A stretch of 58,157 nucleotides of DNA, the filler included, from Hydrolagus affinis (taxonomy: Eukaryota), in assembly GCA_012026655.1 (NCBI GenBank). It is 3 parts of 3 records of this genome, joined end to end, with 100 filler letters (N's around TTAATTAATTAA, not from the genome) between each part and the next. Parts side by side here need not be neighbours in the genome. Positions count along the whole stretch, not along the records: positions 28,051 to 44,259 come from JAAILG010017094.1; positions 44,360 to 58,157 come from JAAILG010020051.1; 1 more part is not named here. The stretch is one strand, 5' to 3'. Every line of letters starts with the position of its first letter. Within the stretch, counting starts at the first letter, position 1. The notes below the pieces were generated by a model. The model was not told the origin of the DNA. It was given only the letters and a program-made list of their open reading frames with translations, and ran no database searches. Shown piece by piece: positions 34,025-46,225 of this stretch. A program made the translations under genes and the position numbers.

Positions 34025-35792
34025 TTAACTGGTTATTTAGCTGCTAAACCACGAGAGGGCATCATTGCTTCAAGAAAAATACGCAGCGTTTACACATTTT
34101 TAAATACATGAATATAAGAATAAGGAGCAGGAATTCGAACCCTCGAGCCCGATCCACCATTCAAAGGGTTGTTCTTCATATCTTACTCCAGTTGCTCCCA
34201 CCTTATCCCCATGTCGCTTAATCCATTTATGTATTAAAAAATCTATAAATTTCAGTCTCGAGTATGCGCAAGGAATAAGCATCTACAGCTTTTTTTCGTG
34301 GGAGTGGTCAAATATTCCATAAATTCACTACCGTGTGAGTGAAGAAGATTGTCCTCATCTCTGTGCGAAAAGGCTGACCCCTAATCTTAAATCACTGACC
34401 ATCTAGTTAACGCAGCAATAAATAGGAAACTTATTGTTTTTGGATTGCTGAAGCGCTTTTCTGGGCGTAACAATCAGTTAAAAAATGATAAAAATAAGAA
34501 GAACAAAGGGGAATTTCATCCAATTATACTGTTTGTGGTAGACTGGTGCGAGCAATTTTCTTGCAGATTTCGCCCTCAAGATATATGGGAAACTCACTAT
34601 AGAATATATCCAGTGAAGCGCTTCGAGTCCCCAAGAAGACATGATACGGCGAAAAATCCAATGCACGTATTCCCATTGTCACGATCTTTATCGAAAATTT
34701 AGTCTTTGTATGTAAATATTTCTAGAGTCTCTTTCACTCAATGTTTCAGGAATCCTTTCTTTAATACAGATGACAGATAGTCAGAATAATGCTAATCTGT
34801 GTATACAGAGTTAAGGTTAATTTAACTTGAAGGTGAGTGTCGTTCATTGACGTAGTCAGTCTTGCTCTATTTACAGTGCATTTGCCTCTGAATCAGATGA
34901 TAGTGGGTTCATATACTAATTCATGAATTGGAACTCATAGCATTTAATGTAATCCCCCCAAATTATTCCCAATAATGGGCCTAATTATTTGAATATGCCT
35001 CTCGTCTGGTATGACATCATCAAACACAACAACATTGCGTTTATAGAGCGATTTTCATGTCGCGCAGGACGTCCCAAGGAGATACTTCAAACAGAGGCTG
35101 TTTCTGTCTATCATGTGGTTGGTAAACACCTAATGTCACTTTCACAGAAGAGAAGATGAAACAGATAAAACTGTTCATTTCAATTTATTAGTTTCGGTTT
35201 CTGGGACACTGTTGTGAACGACAATAAAAAACACTTTTTATCAAAAAAAAAGTCCTAAATCAAAATTAGACCTAAAGTGACATTTCATTTAAACAGGACA
35301 TTTCTGTTGATTCAAATGAATACCTTTATAAAATGAAACAAAACTACATTGGTACCGTTATTTTCAGGTCAGGAGTTCTCCTGAGTTCTCCTGACGTGAA
35401 AGTAACGGTACCAATGTAGTTTTGTCCCAAGTTGCTGAATATTCTGGTATTTGGGCAAGAGCTGATGGTCACATTCGTGAGGAAGGAGGGCTGGGAGAAC
35501 ATTTTTGTTAAAAATGGTCGAGTCGAAGAGGAAGGTTTTGAGACGTGCTTTCAACGTGGCAAGGGGATGAGGGAAGGGGAGGGGGCAAGGGGAGGCGGAG
35601 TTACTCTAAACACAATGGAAAGTGATAGGAGGATTTGTAAATGTCTCCAATAATGAACACTGACAAGGTAAACGCATGGCTGATTATCGACTCCTCGAAT
35701 GAACACATATTTATAATCGAGGCACTGACTTGTAGCTGATTGATCGTTGCATTTCGAACATTCGCTTAATCCTGAGTCGACGCCTGTTGGGA

Positions 35793-36251
35793 ATGATGCA
35801 GCATTTCACTGCAATATGCTTTGTTATTCATTTCTTTGTATTATTTTTGTGTAAGTGGGTTATGTGTTTGAAAACAACAGTACTTTCACGTTCCACTGCT
35901 GATTAAGTAGAAATTAGCTTTACTGATATCATTCGAATTTCTTTCAGAGATTGATCATTTCTATTCCCCAGGTGCCTTGGCTGAACGTGAGGTGTCACAG
36001 AATCCTCAGGCACTGACAGAGAATGCAAATGGAAATGTATCTATGGAGTGCAGAACCACTGGATACGTCGAATACTTTCATTGGTACAAACAGTATGGAA
36101 ACGGTTCCATCCAGTACTTTTTGATGGGAACCATAGAGACGAAGGAAGGGGCGAGGATAAGTGCCTTGACTGACACAAACGAGAAAAACAGCACACTATC
36201 AATCAAAGACGTACGAGTGACAGACACCGACACTTACTTCTGTGCAACGAG
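35793..36251 (+). CDS. TCR alpha/delta-type V gene segment V2 (family A, intact)
   Basis: Leader 35793-35850 (MMQHFTAICFVIHFFVLFL, gtaagt donor); V exon 35972-36251 (..VSMECRTT..FHWYKQ..DTDTYFCAT). Confidence 0.88.
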
Positions 36252-36290
36252 CACAGTGCTGCGTGTCTCAGAGGAGTCTGTACAAAAAGA
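36252..36290 (+). other. 23-bp-spacer RSS of V2
   Basis: CACAGTG + 23 nt + ACAAAAAGA. Confidence 0.9.
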
Positions 36291-37425
36291 GGATAAGGAC
36301 CCTGTAGTTATTCGTGTAGATAACTCATCTCGCAAACAAGGAGAGCTGGGTTTCGATTATTGGCTGGCCAAAATATTGTGCGATTTTCCTGATTCCACAC
36401 GCCTCTGCTATTAGTAGTAGCTTGTAGGTATCTGGTTCGCCGTTGATCCTGGGATCACTTTCCTGAGGGTCATAATTCCTTTAACAAAAGACAAATGTTC
36501 ACTTCAATTCACGACTGTTTGTGAGACGCTGCTCTGCTGCAATTAGTCTAACATATCAGTTCAATTCAGTGCACAGCAGAACTCAGAATAATGAATAAGG
36601 CATAATTTAAAATGCAAGGTTTATTATTACACTAATGCAGAGTATTATGTAGGAAACCGGCTGCTAGTCGACTGGCCGACAACCTTTACTTGGTCAACAC
36701 TGCAATAACAAAATGGATGACTCTCCATTACGTTTTGCTAGACAAGGCTGTGTGCAATTGGCTGCTGTGTATTTTGTGGAGAAAATAAATGATCGCTACA
36801 CATGGCAGTTCTTCTTGTGAAGAGATTAGCGATGTTTTGAAGATGCGATAATATGCTACATCAAACACAATAATATTTACTGTTACTCAAATTTTGATTC
36901 GTACACTCACAAGCGTTTGATGTGTTCTTCACGTGTTTACATACTGGTTAGTGAAATACGCAATGTCATCAGCGAAACAAACCGAATTTTGGCGATTAAT
37001 TGTGCTAAAAAATACTTGTGATTTATATGCAAACGACTGTAATCCAGAAGCCTGGAGAGGAAATGGGGCAGGAAGGAAACTTGCAAGTAACTAGGGCAGA
37101 GACATCAGAGTAACTGGTGATGTAAATTGTCTCCTGCCCATTGGCTCTGAACCCTCTCAATGACCGGTTTCATCTCTTTACCATATTGATGGAAGAGAAC
37201 CAATGGGGTAGCAAGATGGCAGATCAGAGTGAGTGATGTAAAGTTGCAGAGACATAAGTTTTCTGAATAAGCTTCAGAAGTGCTCATTTACAGCCTGTGG
37301 TAAATTCTGCATGTCACATACTGTTCTGCCCTCCACACCGCATCTAACTGCCTCCCAGCCAACGGTGTGGAACTTCACCGTCAACGCTCCCACAAAATCA
37401 CATGACACTAAACACACGTAGCACA

Positions 37426-38252
37426 ATGTATATTTACCTGGCAGCAGCCATCGTTATCCACGCAGGTAAGCCACGCACTCACTCCATATATTCTTCCACA
37501 TATTATCCAATGCGTATGTTTTCTTATTGCACGAATTATCCAATAAACTACAGGGCTTGAAACGCGGCAGGGTCCTGTAGCACATTGAATAGGGAGTGCG
37601 AATCTACAGGCAAGTTTACTTGCGCCACACACACGTCCATCTTTCAGTAGTCTTAGTTATGAACCCTACTGTAGGTATACTTATGATCGCGTCTCTGAAG
37701 CATTGAATTCCAAAAATTTCGTCGTATATAAATCACTCAATTAAATAGTTGTTGTCTGGACACTGATATGCGCAATTGTTTCTGACGTTTCTCCAAGAAA
37801 ATTTGCTTAATTAATGTTCTGTGAAGCGGTTTGTGCTTTCACGGATATGGGCTAAGGCGCTGTAGCAAAATTAATGATTACTAACATCAATATTTTTGTG
37901 ATTATTTTTATTTACATTATTATTCATTTATATTGTTTCTAGGACTTTGCGAAGGAGACGCTGTGACGCAGCTCCAATCTACTGTGACAGCAGATCAAGG
38001 GGAGAATGCAATATTGCAGTGTAATGATACAGCTACAAGCAACAACATATATTACCTATTCTGGTACCGTCACTATCCCAACATAGCTCCAGAATATATT
38101 CTCAGCACATCTACCAGCAACAGACCACAATATGCACACTTTGCCAAAGGGCATTTCTCAGCAAAAGTGGATAAAGTGGGGAGAAACGTGCCATTAAATA
38201 TATCCCAAGTGAGAGTCATTGACTCGGCGGTGTACTACTGTGCACTGAGCCC
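37426..38252 (+). CDS. TCR alpha/delta-type V gene segment V3 (family C, intact)
   Basis: Leader 37426-37465 (MYIYLAAAIVIHA, gtaagc donor; an in-frame upstream ATG also lies at 37402); V exon 37943-38252 (..AILQCND..LFWYRH..DSAVYYCALSP). Confidence 0.88.
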
Positions 38253-38291
38253 CACAGAGGCACAAATCAGCGGTACCGCCCTACAAAAACT
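38253..38291 (+). other. 23-bp-spacer RSS of V3
   Basis: CACAGAG + 23 nt + ACAAAAACT. Confidence 0.88.
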
Positions 38292-38910
38292 ACCATGTGG
38301 ATTCCTGTAGCTCAGTGTTTACAGCATTCGCCTCACAGGCATGATATAAGGGTTTCAATTCACGGCCTAGCGATATTTGGGGCAATTTTCCGTACTCCAT
38401 GCATATGTAGCTGTTTACATGGCAGTCAAGCGGAACTATGTTGTTAGTGGATTTGTGACTCCCTATTATGGGTGTAAGAATTCCTTCAGAATATTGATAA
38501 TATTAATAAATTGGTCATTCAATCCAATGGATCTCTGATGTGCAAACTTGGATTTCGCGTTTCTCCCACAAAATAAGATGTCAAGTACAGTACATTTTAC
38601 AGTACATTCTTAAAGCGCTTCATTGCACCTCTAAAATATGATATGGCGATCTATCAAAGTCAAGGAATATTGATATTTTTATTAAACACGGTATTGTCAC
38701 AGAGATTGCCTCAAAGTTCTTGACTTTTGGGGAGACCTTCACGATATCGCAGTTTTTCTGTGCCGTTCTATTCGATTGTAAAACATTTTAAAAAGTTAAT
38801 AAATCAGTAACTTACGTTTATACAGCGCCATTCAGAAAGGGAATGTTGAGCCTCTCTGGAAACCATTTACAATTAAATGTCTCCAAATGTGCATGTTCTG
38901 TACCTTCAAT

Positions 38911-38928
38911 CCGCCAGCAGATGGCGCA
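38911..38928 (+). promoter_or_regulatory. CTCF-like site between V3 and V4
   Basis: CCGCCAGCAGATGGCGCA closely matches the CTCF core CCAGCAGRKGGCGC. Confidence 0.6.
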
Positions 38929-39972
38929 CTAAGCACATACAGTATCTTTCATGAGCAGCAACTGACATAACTTGCCTCATTCCTTTCTGTAATTAACTTC
39001 CTTGTGAGCCATAGCAGGTGCTTCCTGTTACAGTTGATGTTGGAACTTCATATAAACTATTGCCGCTGCAGCTGAAAAGTGCTAATGTTTGGTTGCTTAA
39101 ACATGATTAATGTTATTGTTATTTCAGAATCATTTGATATGATACATTTTCTATCTTATTGTCTTCCCTAGAAATAATCAGCCACCATTGAGTGGCTCTC
39201 ACTCTGTTGTTAAACATGTTAGGCTTTCTCAATGGCTACATGTGCGCTTTCTTTGGTTAATTTGGGAAAGGTGAATACAATTGTTCAGTTAATTTTATTT
39301 TTGAATAAAGACCTCATGATATTTCTGAGTTCGGGCCGTCCTGCCTTGGATGCAGTTACAAACAGGACTGCAAAGCGATAGTCATTATAACAGTCCTTGC
39401 CTTGTACAACATGCCTTCATGTAGGAGTTGCTAGTAAAGAGTTCAGTATGAATTAATTTAAAAATAATTGACTGCATTTTGAACACAAATACAATAGGCA
39501 GTTTGAGCACAGCAACTCTCCCACGAATATACGATGAAACAAATTTTGGCTCTATCTAATTTTTCTTGATAATACACCCCTGATACAGAGTCATAAATTA
39601 GAATTTCTGTCTAGACCATCATCTCATCGTACCTTCTTGAGCCTTGAACCAAAACCTTTCTGACTCATTAAATACACAACCAGCGACAGAGGTGGGTTGT
39701 CATCTCAGCCTTGAATTTAGTCAGTTAACCTTTGTTTGTGGATGAAACATACACATATTCCATCGAATCTAACCCAAATCCACCTGTAGCCAATCAGCAG
39801 CAAATTAAGACAATTATCCTCTGGTTAGTGTGAAACGCCTACAATCTTATGCAATAAACCACTGCCTGCACATATCAGATCAGCCGCTGCCTCACTACTT
39901 GTAACTGAAGCAGCCGATTAGACATAAAGAAAGGAAGATACTGCACTATCTGCCCTCACCTCAGCAGTCAGC

Positions 39973-40849
39973 ATGACAGGTGACTGTCAGTTACTGATAG
40001 CAAACCTCACCGTAGCGAGTAAGTATGTGTGGACATGCCTAGTGCATGTGATTTGGTATTGCAAGATGTGAAAAGCACTATATTAAATGCCAGTATTACT
40101 ATTATATAATATAAGTAGTGTAGCATTCAGAGCACTGTATTCCCGTTGAAAAAGAGAACACCATAGATTGATTCACGGCAGGGCTAATTGTTGGACAAGT
40201 CGCTTTACACCATACACACGACTTTGTGAGTCTAGCAGTAATAAGGAAGCGGATCGCTTTCCAGATCTGATCATTCCCACGAAAAAATTACTTACAATAA
40301 GAGAAAGTTGAGCTCTTGTGTGACTGTGTGTGCGACACTGCCTCGTACACTTAGCTGCCGCGTCTTGCCTGCAAAGAATGGAGGCAATTCATTTGATATT
40401 ATGTTCTGTGGGTGTTCTTTGTATGTTTTTTGTAACGTCTGATTGTTCTGAAAATTCGAGCAAAAAAACCTCAATAATAGTTAGTATTATTCCAGTTGCA
40501 AATTAATCTTTGCCATTGCCTTGTGAAAAACAAGTTGTTTCTTTATTGCAGATGTTACCGGGAAAGATGTAATATACCAGTATCCTCCTGAGATAAGGGA
40601 GTTTGAAGGGCAAGACGCGAGAATAAACTGCAATTATTCTATAATGGACGCTGCCTTCTGGTACAGGCAATATCCAGATGGAGCTCTTCAGTACTTGCTG
40701 AAGATTTATGCCTCGGGAAAGGTAGACAAAGCTGCTGATATTCCCGACCGCTTCACTGCCAAGCTGGACAAGGAAAATAAAGTATTTAACTTGCAAATAC
40801 TCAAGGCTGATGTGAGTGACGGTGCCATGTATTACTGTGCACTGCAGCC
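39973..40849 (+). CDS. TCR alpha/delta-type V gene segment V4 (intact)
   Basis: Probable leader 39973-40018 (MTGDCQLLIANLTVA, gtaagt donor; weakly hydrophobic); V exon 40552-40849 (..ARINCNY..FWYRQYPD..RFTAK..DGAMYYCALQP). Confidence 0.82.
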
Positions 40850-40888
40850 CACACTGTGACAGGTGGCCAGAAACACTGTACAAAAACT
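40850..40888 (+). other. 23-bp-spacer RSS of V4
   Basis: CACACTG + 23 nt + ACAAAAACT. Confidence 0.9.
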
Positions 40889-42212
40889 CAGCAGACAATC
40901 TTGACTTCCTCTCACACATTCAACTTGCTGCTGCCGACACACTGAGGTGGCTACACTATTATAACACGGAGGGCGATGCACAGAGGCTGTGGAGTCCTGT
41001 AGTGCAGAGGTTGCAGTACTCGACTTGCTCTCGAGTGGACCTGGGTATGACAACCAGGCGTTGGGAATCCGAAGTTTCCATTCTCTGGACGAACATACCT
41101 CTTCATCTCGCAGTTGCTCGGAACCTGCTTTTTCGTCCATGGGTGGAATGCTTTCCCTGGGTTTATAATCCGTTACATAAACACGATAATATAAACGCAA
41201 TTACTCTATCCACGTATTAAGTGGGACACTGCTCTGCGCATTGGCCTGCCACTTAGTTTCTTCCACTAAGACACACAGTTTCAAGACACATTACAGTAGA
41301 TTCTGTGAAGTGCTTTGAGACGTGCGAAAAATGTCGCTTTATCAAATCCAAAGATATTTGAAAAATTATTGTTTCAGCACCATATAAATATCATCAAACT
41401 TCTAACTTCCACGTAATAGACTTAAGAGCGACTTACATGCTATGTATGATATATTAGATTCCTGACGGATGTACTGGGCTGACACTCTAGTGCAGTTTTG
41501 GTGGGATGTCCAGAAATGTCAGAGAAGTTGACAATCTGTTGAACGACCAAACAAAGGTCCAGTCGGTTTGTCGCAAGGGAAGGTAATGATTCCATGTCCC
41601 TGCTTGAGCAATAACAGTGTTTCTCCTGGTGACTGGGCAGACATTCCATCAGCACAAATGATTGTTCATTTACGATTGAGGGAGCACTGTGTTCAATAAG
41701 CTGACTGCTGTGGTTGCCAAACACACAACCTCTGCCCACGAGACAAAAGCCTGTGTGGAGCTGTGAGAATTTTCCATCAATTGTCTTGATAAGGATGTAT
41801 GCAAGCTATTTGTAAATCTAAATAACTCATTGAAGAAAGATTTCGTCCAATTGTACATTCCCTTAGAAACTTATAATAATGCTAATAACAGTAGCAGCTG
41901 TATTTGATTGAATTCGATGTAGCCAGATTATTTCATTCACGTGATTCACAGTAATTGAACGTATATACTGAAAATTGCGGTAACTTCCTATCTTGTGGTC
42001 TAAATGAACTCTATTGGTAGCCGATTGTGGAATGAATGTCACACCAGCAAACATACAGGAAATGAAACGTCAGTGGAGGCGTCACCGAGAGTACCGTTAT
42101 AACCTACACAGTTAGCGGCACTCGACAAACATTCATGATCGTATATCACAGTTAGCTGGTGTCTACTTGCATTTCACCTGGACGTTCTGACATGAATCGA
42201 CGAGGATTGAGA

Positions 42213-42669
42213 ATGAAACCAAGTTACCAAGCAACGTGTAGTATTTTTAATTTCATGCTGTCGCTCTTCTGTAAGTAGAGTGTGATTTTGCACAAAGACA
42301 TGCTTGTTTGCTGTTAAATAATTATAAGTTTTGTTGGAGATATTTTCCGAATTTCCTTCCAAGAATGTTCATGTATAATCCCCAGGTGTCTTGGCTGAAA
42401 GCGAAGTGTCACAGAGACCTCAGGCAATGACAGAGAATGAAAATGGAAATGTATATATAGAGTGCAACACCACTGTGTACAACCCAACTTTTCATTGGTA
42501 CAAACAGTATGGAAACGGCTCCATAGTGTTATTGGTGTTGGGGAAAAAGGGAGGTAAAGGCGGAGGAGAGGATAAGTTCTTTGGCTGATTCAAAAGAGAA
42601 GAACAGCACACTGACAATTAGAGACGTGCGAGTGACAGACACCGCCACTTACTTCTGTGCACCAGAGAG
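42213..42669 (+). pseudogene. TCR alpha/delta-type V segment V5 (family A) with a +1 frameshift (pseudogene or sequencing error)
   Basis: Leader 42213-42270; V exon 42386-42669. The stretch at 42541-42568 is 28 nt where V0 and V2 have 27. Removing one base restores RISSLADSKEKNSTLTIRDVRVTDTATYFCAPE. Confidence 0.8.
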
Positions 42670-42708
42670 CACAGTGCTGCGTGTCTAAGAGGAGCCTGTA
42701 CAAAAACA
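42670..42708 (+). other. 23-bp-spacer RSS of V5
   Basis: CACAGTG + 23 nt + ACAAAAACA. Confidence 0.9.
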
Positions 42709-43269
42709 TGCTGAGGTTGCTGTAGCTCAATGATTAAAGCACTCGTTTCATAAACGATAACACTGCTGGTTCGTATCCAAGCAGGCCAAAAACTCGGCCA
42801 TTATTTTCTAACACCACATGGTTCTGAGTACAAAGGAGTAAATAGGGATCCGGTTATTAACCTATTAGTGGATGGCTTTTTCTCGTGTCATAATTCCTAA
42901 TTAAAATGATCACTTCAATCCACGACTTTTTGCGAGACACTGCTGTGCGCAGTTATGTGTCATTTATCCCATAAAATAGACAGTACACTCAAAGCACAGT
43001 ACAATAAGGGAAGCGCTCCTCGAAGTCTCAAGGACGTGGTAATCTATACCAAACGCATAGATTATTAGCATTATTGTCTGTTTGCCGACGGGTGATTAGG
43101 GCTCCATTTAATTGTCGATTAGCATGTCGCCTTTTCCAGGATGGTAATCCATTCAAGAAGCATTATCACTCGATTGTCAACCAATCGTACACAGCAGCAT
43201 TGTCCTACAGACAGACGTGCTTTGAGTTACTTATTTAACAAGACAATGATGCCCCTGTAAAGGAAACAT

Positions 43270-43585
43270 AAATTAATAATAATAATAATAATTCTTGCAA
43301 TTGATACAGCGCTTTTCACATTTTATCGAGGTCTTAAAGCGTTTCACAGAGTAAACTGTAAAGTGATCTGTCTGTATATTTGTGGGCGAAACGCGGCTGC
43401 CAGACCCACGAACAATCGTGGATTGAAATCACCAATTTTATTATTGTGGTGTATCTATTTGTACGGATTATCTTTAGGCGTGTGTGAGATGTAAGGAAAC
43501 TTGTCCAAGCTTTCGCGCTGATCTGCCTGGATTCGAAAACACACCTGAAAGGTGAGTGCTCTGAACACCGAATTAAAGCACGGAG
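43270..43585 (-). mobile_element. Same SINE family
   Basis: Reverse-complement copy with (AAT)n tail. Confidence 0.8.
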
Positions 43586-43865
43586 TTAAAGCCTCTCGTA
43601 TTCACTAGTTGACTAATAACCATATTCCTGCATGTCAGACACCCGGTGGATCAAAGACATGTCAGTGATGGCAGAGAACCAATGGAGGAACGAGATGGCA
43701 GAGCAGTGAAGATGACGCGCATTGACAGAGACACATGGTCTGTACATGAAGCTCAGACCTGCTTCCTCTCTGTCATTTAGTGTTCAGCTCTCCTCACGGT
43801 ATCTTACCGCTTCACGGCCTACATTCTCCAACTAAACCATCAGCGCCCTTTACATATACACGGCA

Positions 43866-43905
43866 ATGTATATATGTGTGGCAGCAGCCATCATTGTCTT
43901 GTCAG
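43866..43905 (+). CDS. Leader exon of a further family-C V segment; the V exon is lost beyond the contig end
   Basis: MYICVAAAIIVLS-G + gtaagc, paralogous to the V3 leader; flanks 43620-44070 resemble 37100-37640. Confidence 0.7.
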
Positions 43906-44259
43906 GTAAGCCATACATTCATTCTATATGTCAGCCAACTGCTATTATTATCCAGCCCGGTGTTTATTGCTTAACATATTGAATACACAACAAGCCTTAT
44001 AGAGTTGTTACAATCGAGAGTATCTGGGATCCATTCACAGCCGGGAGAGTGCGAAATATTAGGCAAGTTTAGTCACTCATCACTCATTGCTGTGATTACT
44101 GGGAAGTAATTTGGAATATGGTCCATTGGCCGATAGCTTTATTGGGGGATAATTATCTGTCAGTATGTGATACTGCTAATGATAACACAGTTAATCAATC
44201 CACGACTCTTTTTGGAACACTCTTGTGTAAAATTTTCTAATATGTTTCGACCGCAAAGT

Positions 44260-44359
44260 NNNNNNNNNNNNNNNNNNNNNNNNNNNNNNNNNNNNNNNNN
44301 NNNTTAATTAATTAANNNNNNNNNNNNNNNNNNNNNNNNNNNNNNNNNNNNNNNNNNNN
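44260..44359. other. Artificial contig linker (N44-TTAATTAATTAA-N44)
   Basis: Same structure as 27951-28050. Confidence 0.95.
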
Positions 44360-45050
44360 TATGGTCGCGGAGGCGGGTGCGGGATAATACACGGGCTGCA
44401 GAGTTTTGGATGACCTGCAGCCTGTGAATGGAGGAACTGGGGAGGCCGACGAGGAGAGAGTTTCCATAGTCGAGCCTCGAGGTGATGTACGCTGATGTAC
44501 GCTGCCCCCAAATTACATAATTTGGGTAATTTGCGTAACTCTAGGACTGTGCATTTTGCACACGAATCAAACTCTCCCAGGGTCACGTGGTAACATTGCT
44601 CAAACCAGCCTTCTCCCACTTTGGTTTAAATAGGCCTCAGTTTGATGCTCTTGAGTAATGTGTGTTTAGCCTGAGCAGCTGCTGACTGGAGAGGGAGGAG
44701 TCATACTTGTTTTCTCTTTGTGAAGATGGCACTTCCACTGTTAATCAGGATAGATCGTATTTACTGTCCAATTCTCGCTGCTTTCGGAGTTTCTGGGTAG
44801 GTGATACCAGCAATTCATTGTTTATATTGACCTGCGAGTGTGGGGTTGATGGGGTCATGGAATCTAGTGACGTAGAGGACACAAGACGCTGTGTTTTCTG
44901 GATGATCTGCAGCTTGTGGAGGGAAGTGTTTGGCGGGTTGATAAGGAGGGAGCTTCCATAGTCAAGCGTTGAGGTGACAACTGCATGTACAAAGCTCATA
45001 TGTGCAAAGGGACACCAAAGGGACACAATACAAATGGCCCCTAGAGCTCC
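44360..45050 (-). mobile_element. L2 fragments downstream of CH2
   Basis: TSRLDYG-like segments at 44360-44500 and 44700-45050. Confidence 0.7.
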
Positions 45051-45124
45051 CACAAGTGGAGATTGGAAAGGAAACTGAGAGCCAGGTTGTTGCCATGTGT
45101 ATCAGCTGGTGAAGCTCCTCCTAC

Positions 45125-45440
45125 CTAATGACTTGGTGATGTTCTTGACAATGATGGTCTGGGTAGGGACATGGGTCACATGGCAGCTGTAAACCACGTC
45201 CCTCCTCCAGTCTCTGGTGGGGACAGTCAGCCGGCTGCTGGTGCTGAATTGTCCATTGACTTCTTTAACCGAGGGAGAGGTCACAACACCTGAGGTTATG
45301 ATCTGCCCATCCTTCAGCCAGTCAACCATGAGTTTGTCCGGATGGAAACCGGATATTAAGGAGACAGCAGTGGCCTGTTTGTTCAGGGTGATGTCTCCAG
45401 GAGAAGTCTGTGTGATGATCACAACCGGGGGCAATGGATC
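45125..45440 (-). pseudogene. IgH constant CH2 exon (Cmu2-like), defective
   Basis: DPLPPVVII..ATAVSLISGFHPD..VDWLKDG..SPSVKEVNGQFSTSSRLTVP..YSCHVTH..KNITKSL. The B-strand Cys is Ser (TCC), and the exon is 316 nt (one extra G after the acceptor), out of phase with CH1. Confidence 0.78.
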
Positions 45441-45703
45441 CTGGAGTAACTCAACTGCAAGACATTATACAACAGGTTATGGTTTGTTAGATGAAGATAG
45501 TTTTTATTGTGTACAATTGATATTAATATTGAAACAGACATTTATCTCAGCCATGATGTGGACAGTTCTGCCTCATTGACTTGTCCATTTTGGTCTTCCC
45601 AGTAAAGACCCCCCTTTAGATAGACCCTCTCCTTCAGTGTTGAATGTTTTCCCCTGAATGATGTGGGAGTGACATGTTCTGTACCTTGGAACACAAAACC
45701 AAC

Positions 45704-46006
45704 CTGGCAGAGGGATTTCCACGTCTTGCCAGCTGCTGCTTTTAACGTTACAATGGATGTTGTTGTTGTCCATCTGAGATGCAGTGATTGTTAACTGGCT
45801 GCTCAGAGTGTAGAGACTGTTCTTATTGAACACTGAGAGATGAGTCTTGACTTGGTCAGTGATGGGACGTCCTTTTGACATCCAGCTAAAAGTGGCCGGC
45901 TCGGGGATGCAGTTGGTGGCCAGACACCCGAAAGTCACTGAGCTTCCAGAAGCGGATGGTCCACAGGATGGCAGCAGGGCGTAAAGACTGGGAGGACTAG
46001 GGACAG
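45704..46006 (-). pseudogene. IgH constant CH1 exon (Cmu1-like), open frame but part of a probably defective C gene
   Basis: AVPSPPSLYALLPSCG..VTFGCLATNCIPEPATFSW..YTLSSQLTI..IHCNVK..IPLP; ttccag acceptor, gttggt donor, 303 nt, phase 1-1. The SCG light-chain Cys motif is typical of fish CH1. IgM versus IgW is not firmly resolved. Confidence 0.8.
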
Positions 46007-46084
46007 CTGGAAACCGAGAGCGAAGCTACATTCCAGGTTCTCCAATTTGGTCAAACACACAGATAAACTGCTATAAACCTGTGA

Positions 46085-46225
46085 CACAAATGAATACAGG
46101 TAGGTATGTATATGTGTGTGTGTGTATGTGTTTAGTTGTGTAAAAATTAGTATATGTACGTGTGTATCTATGTAGTTAGGCAGGCAGGTAAGTAGGTACA
46201 TACGTACATACATATCTATGTATAT
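46085..46225 (+). repeat. (TA/TG)n low-complexity tract upstream of CH1
   Basis: Direct reading of the sequence. Confidence 0.75.
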
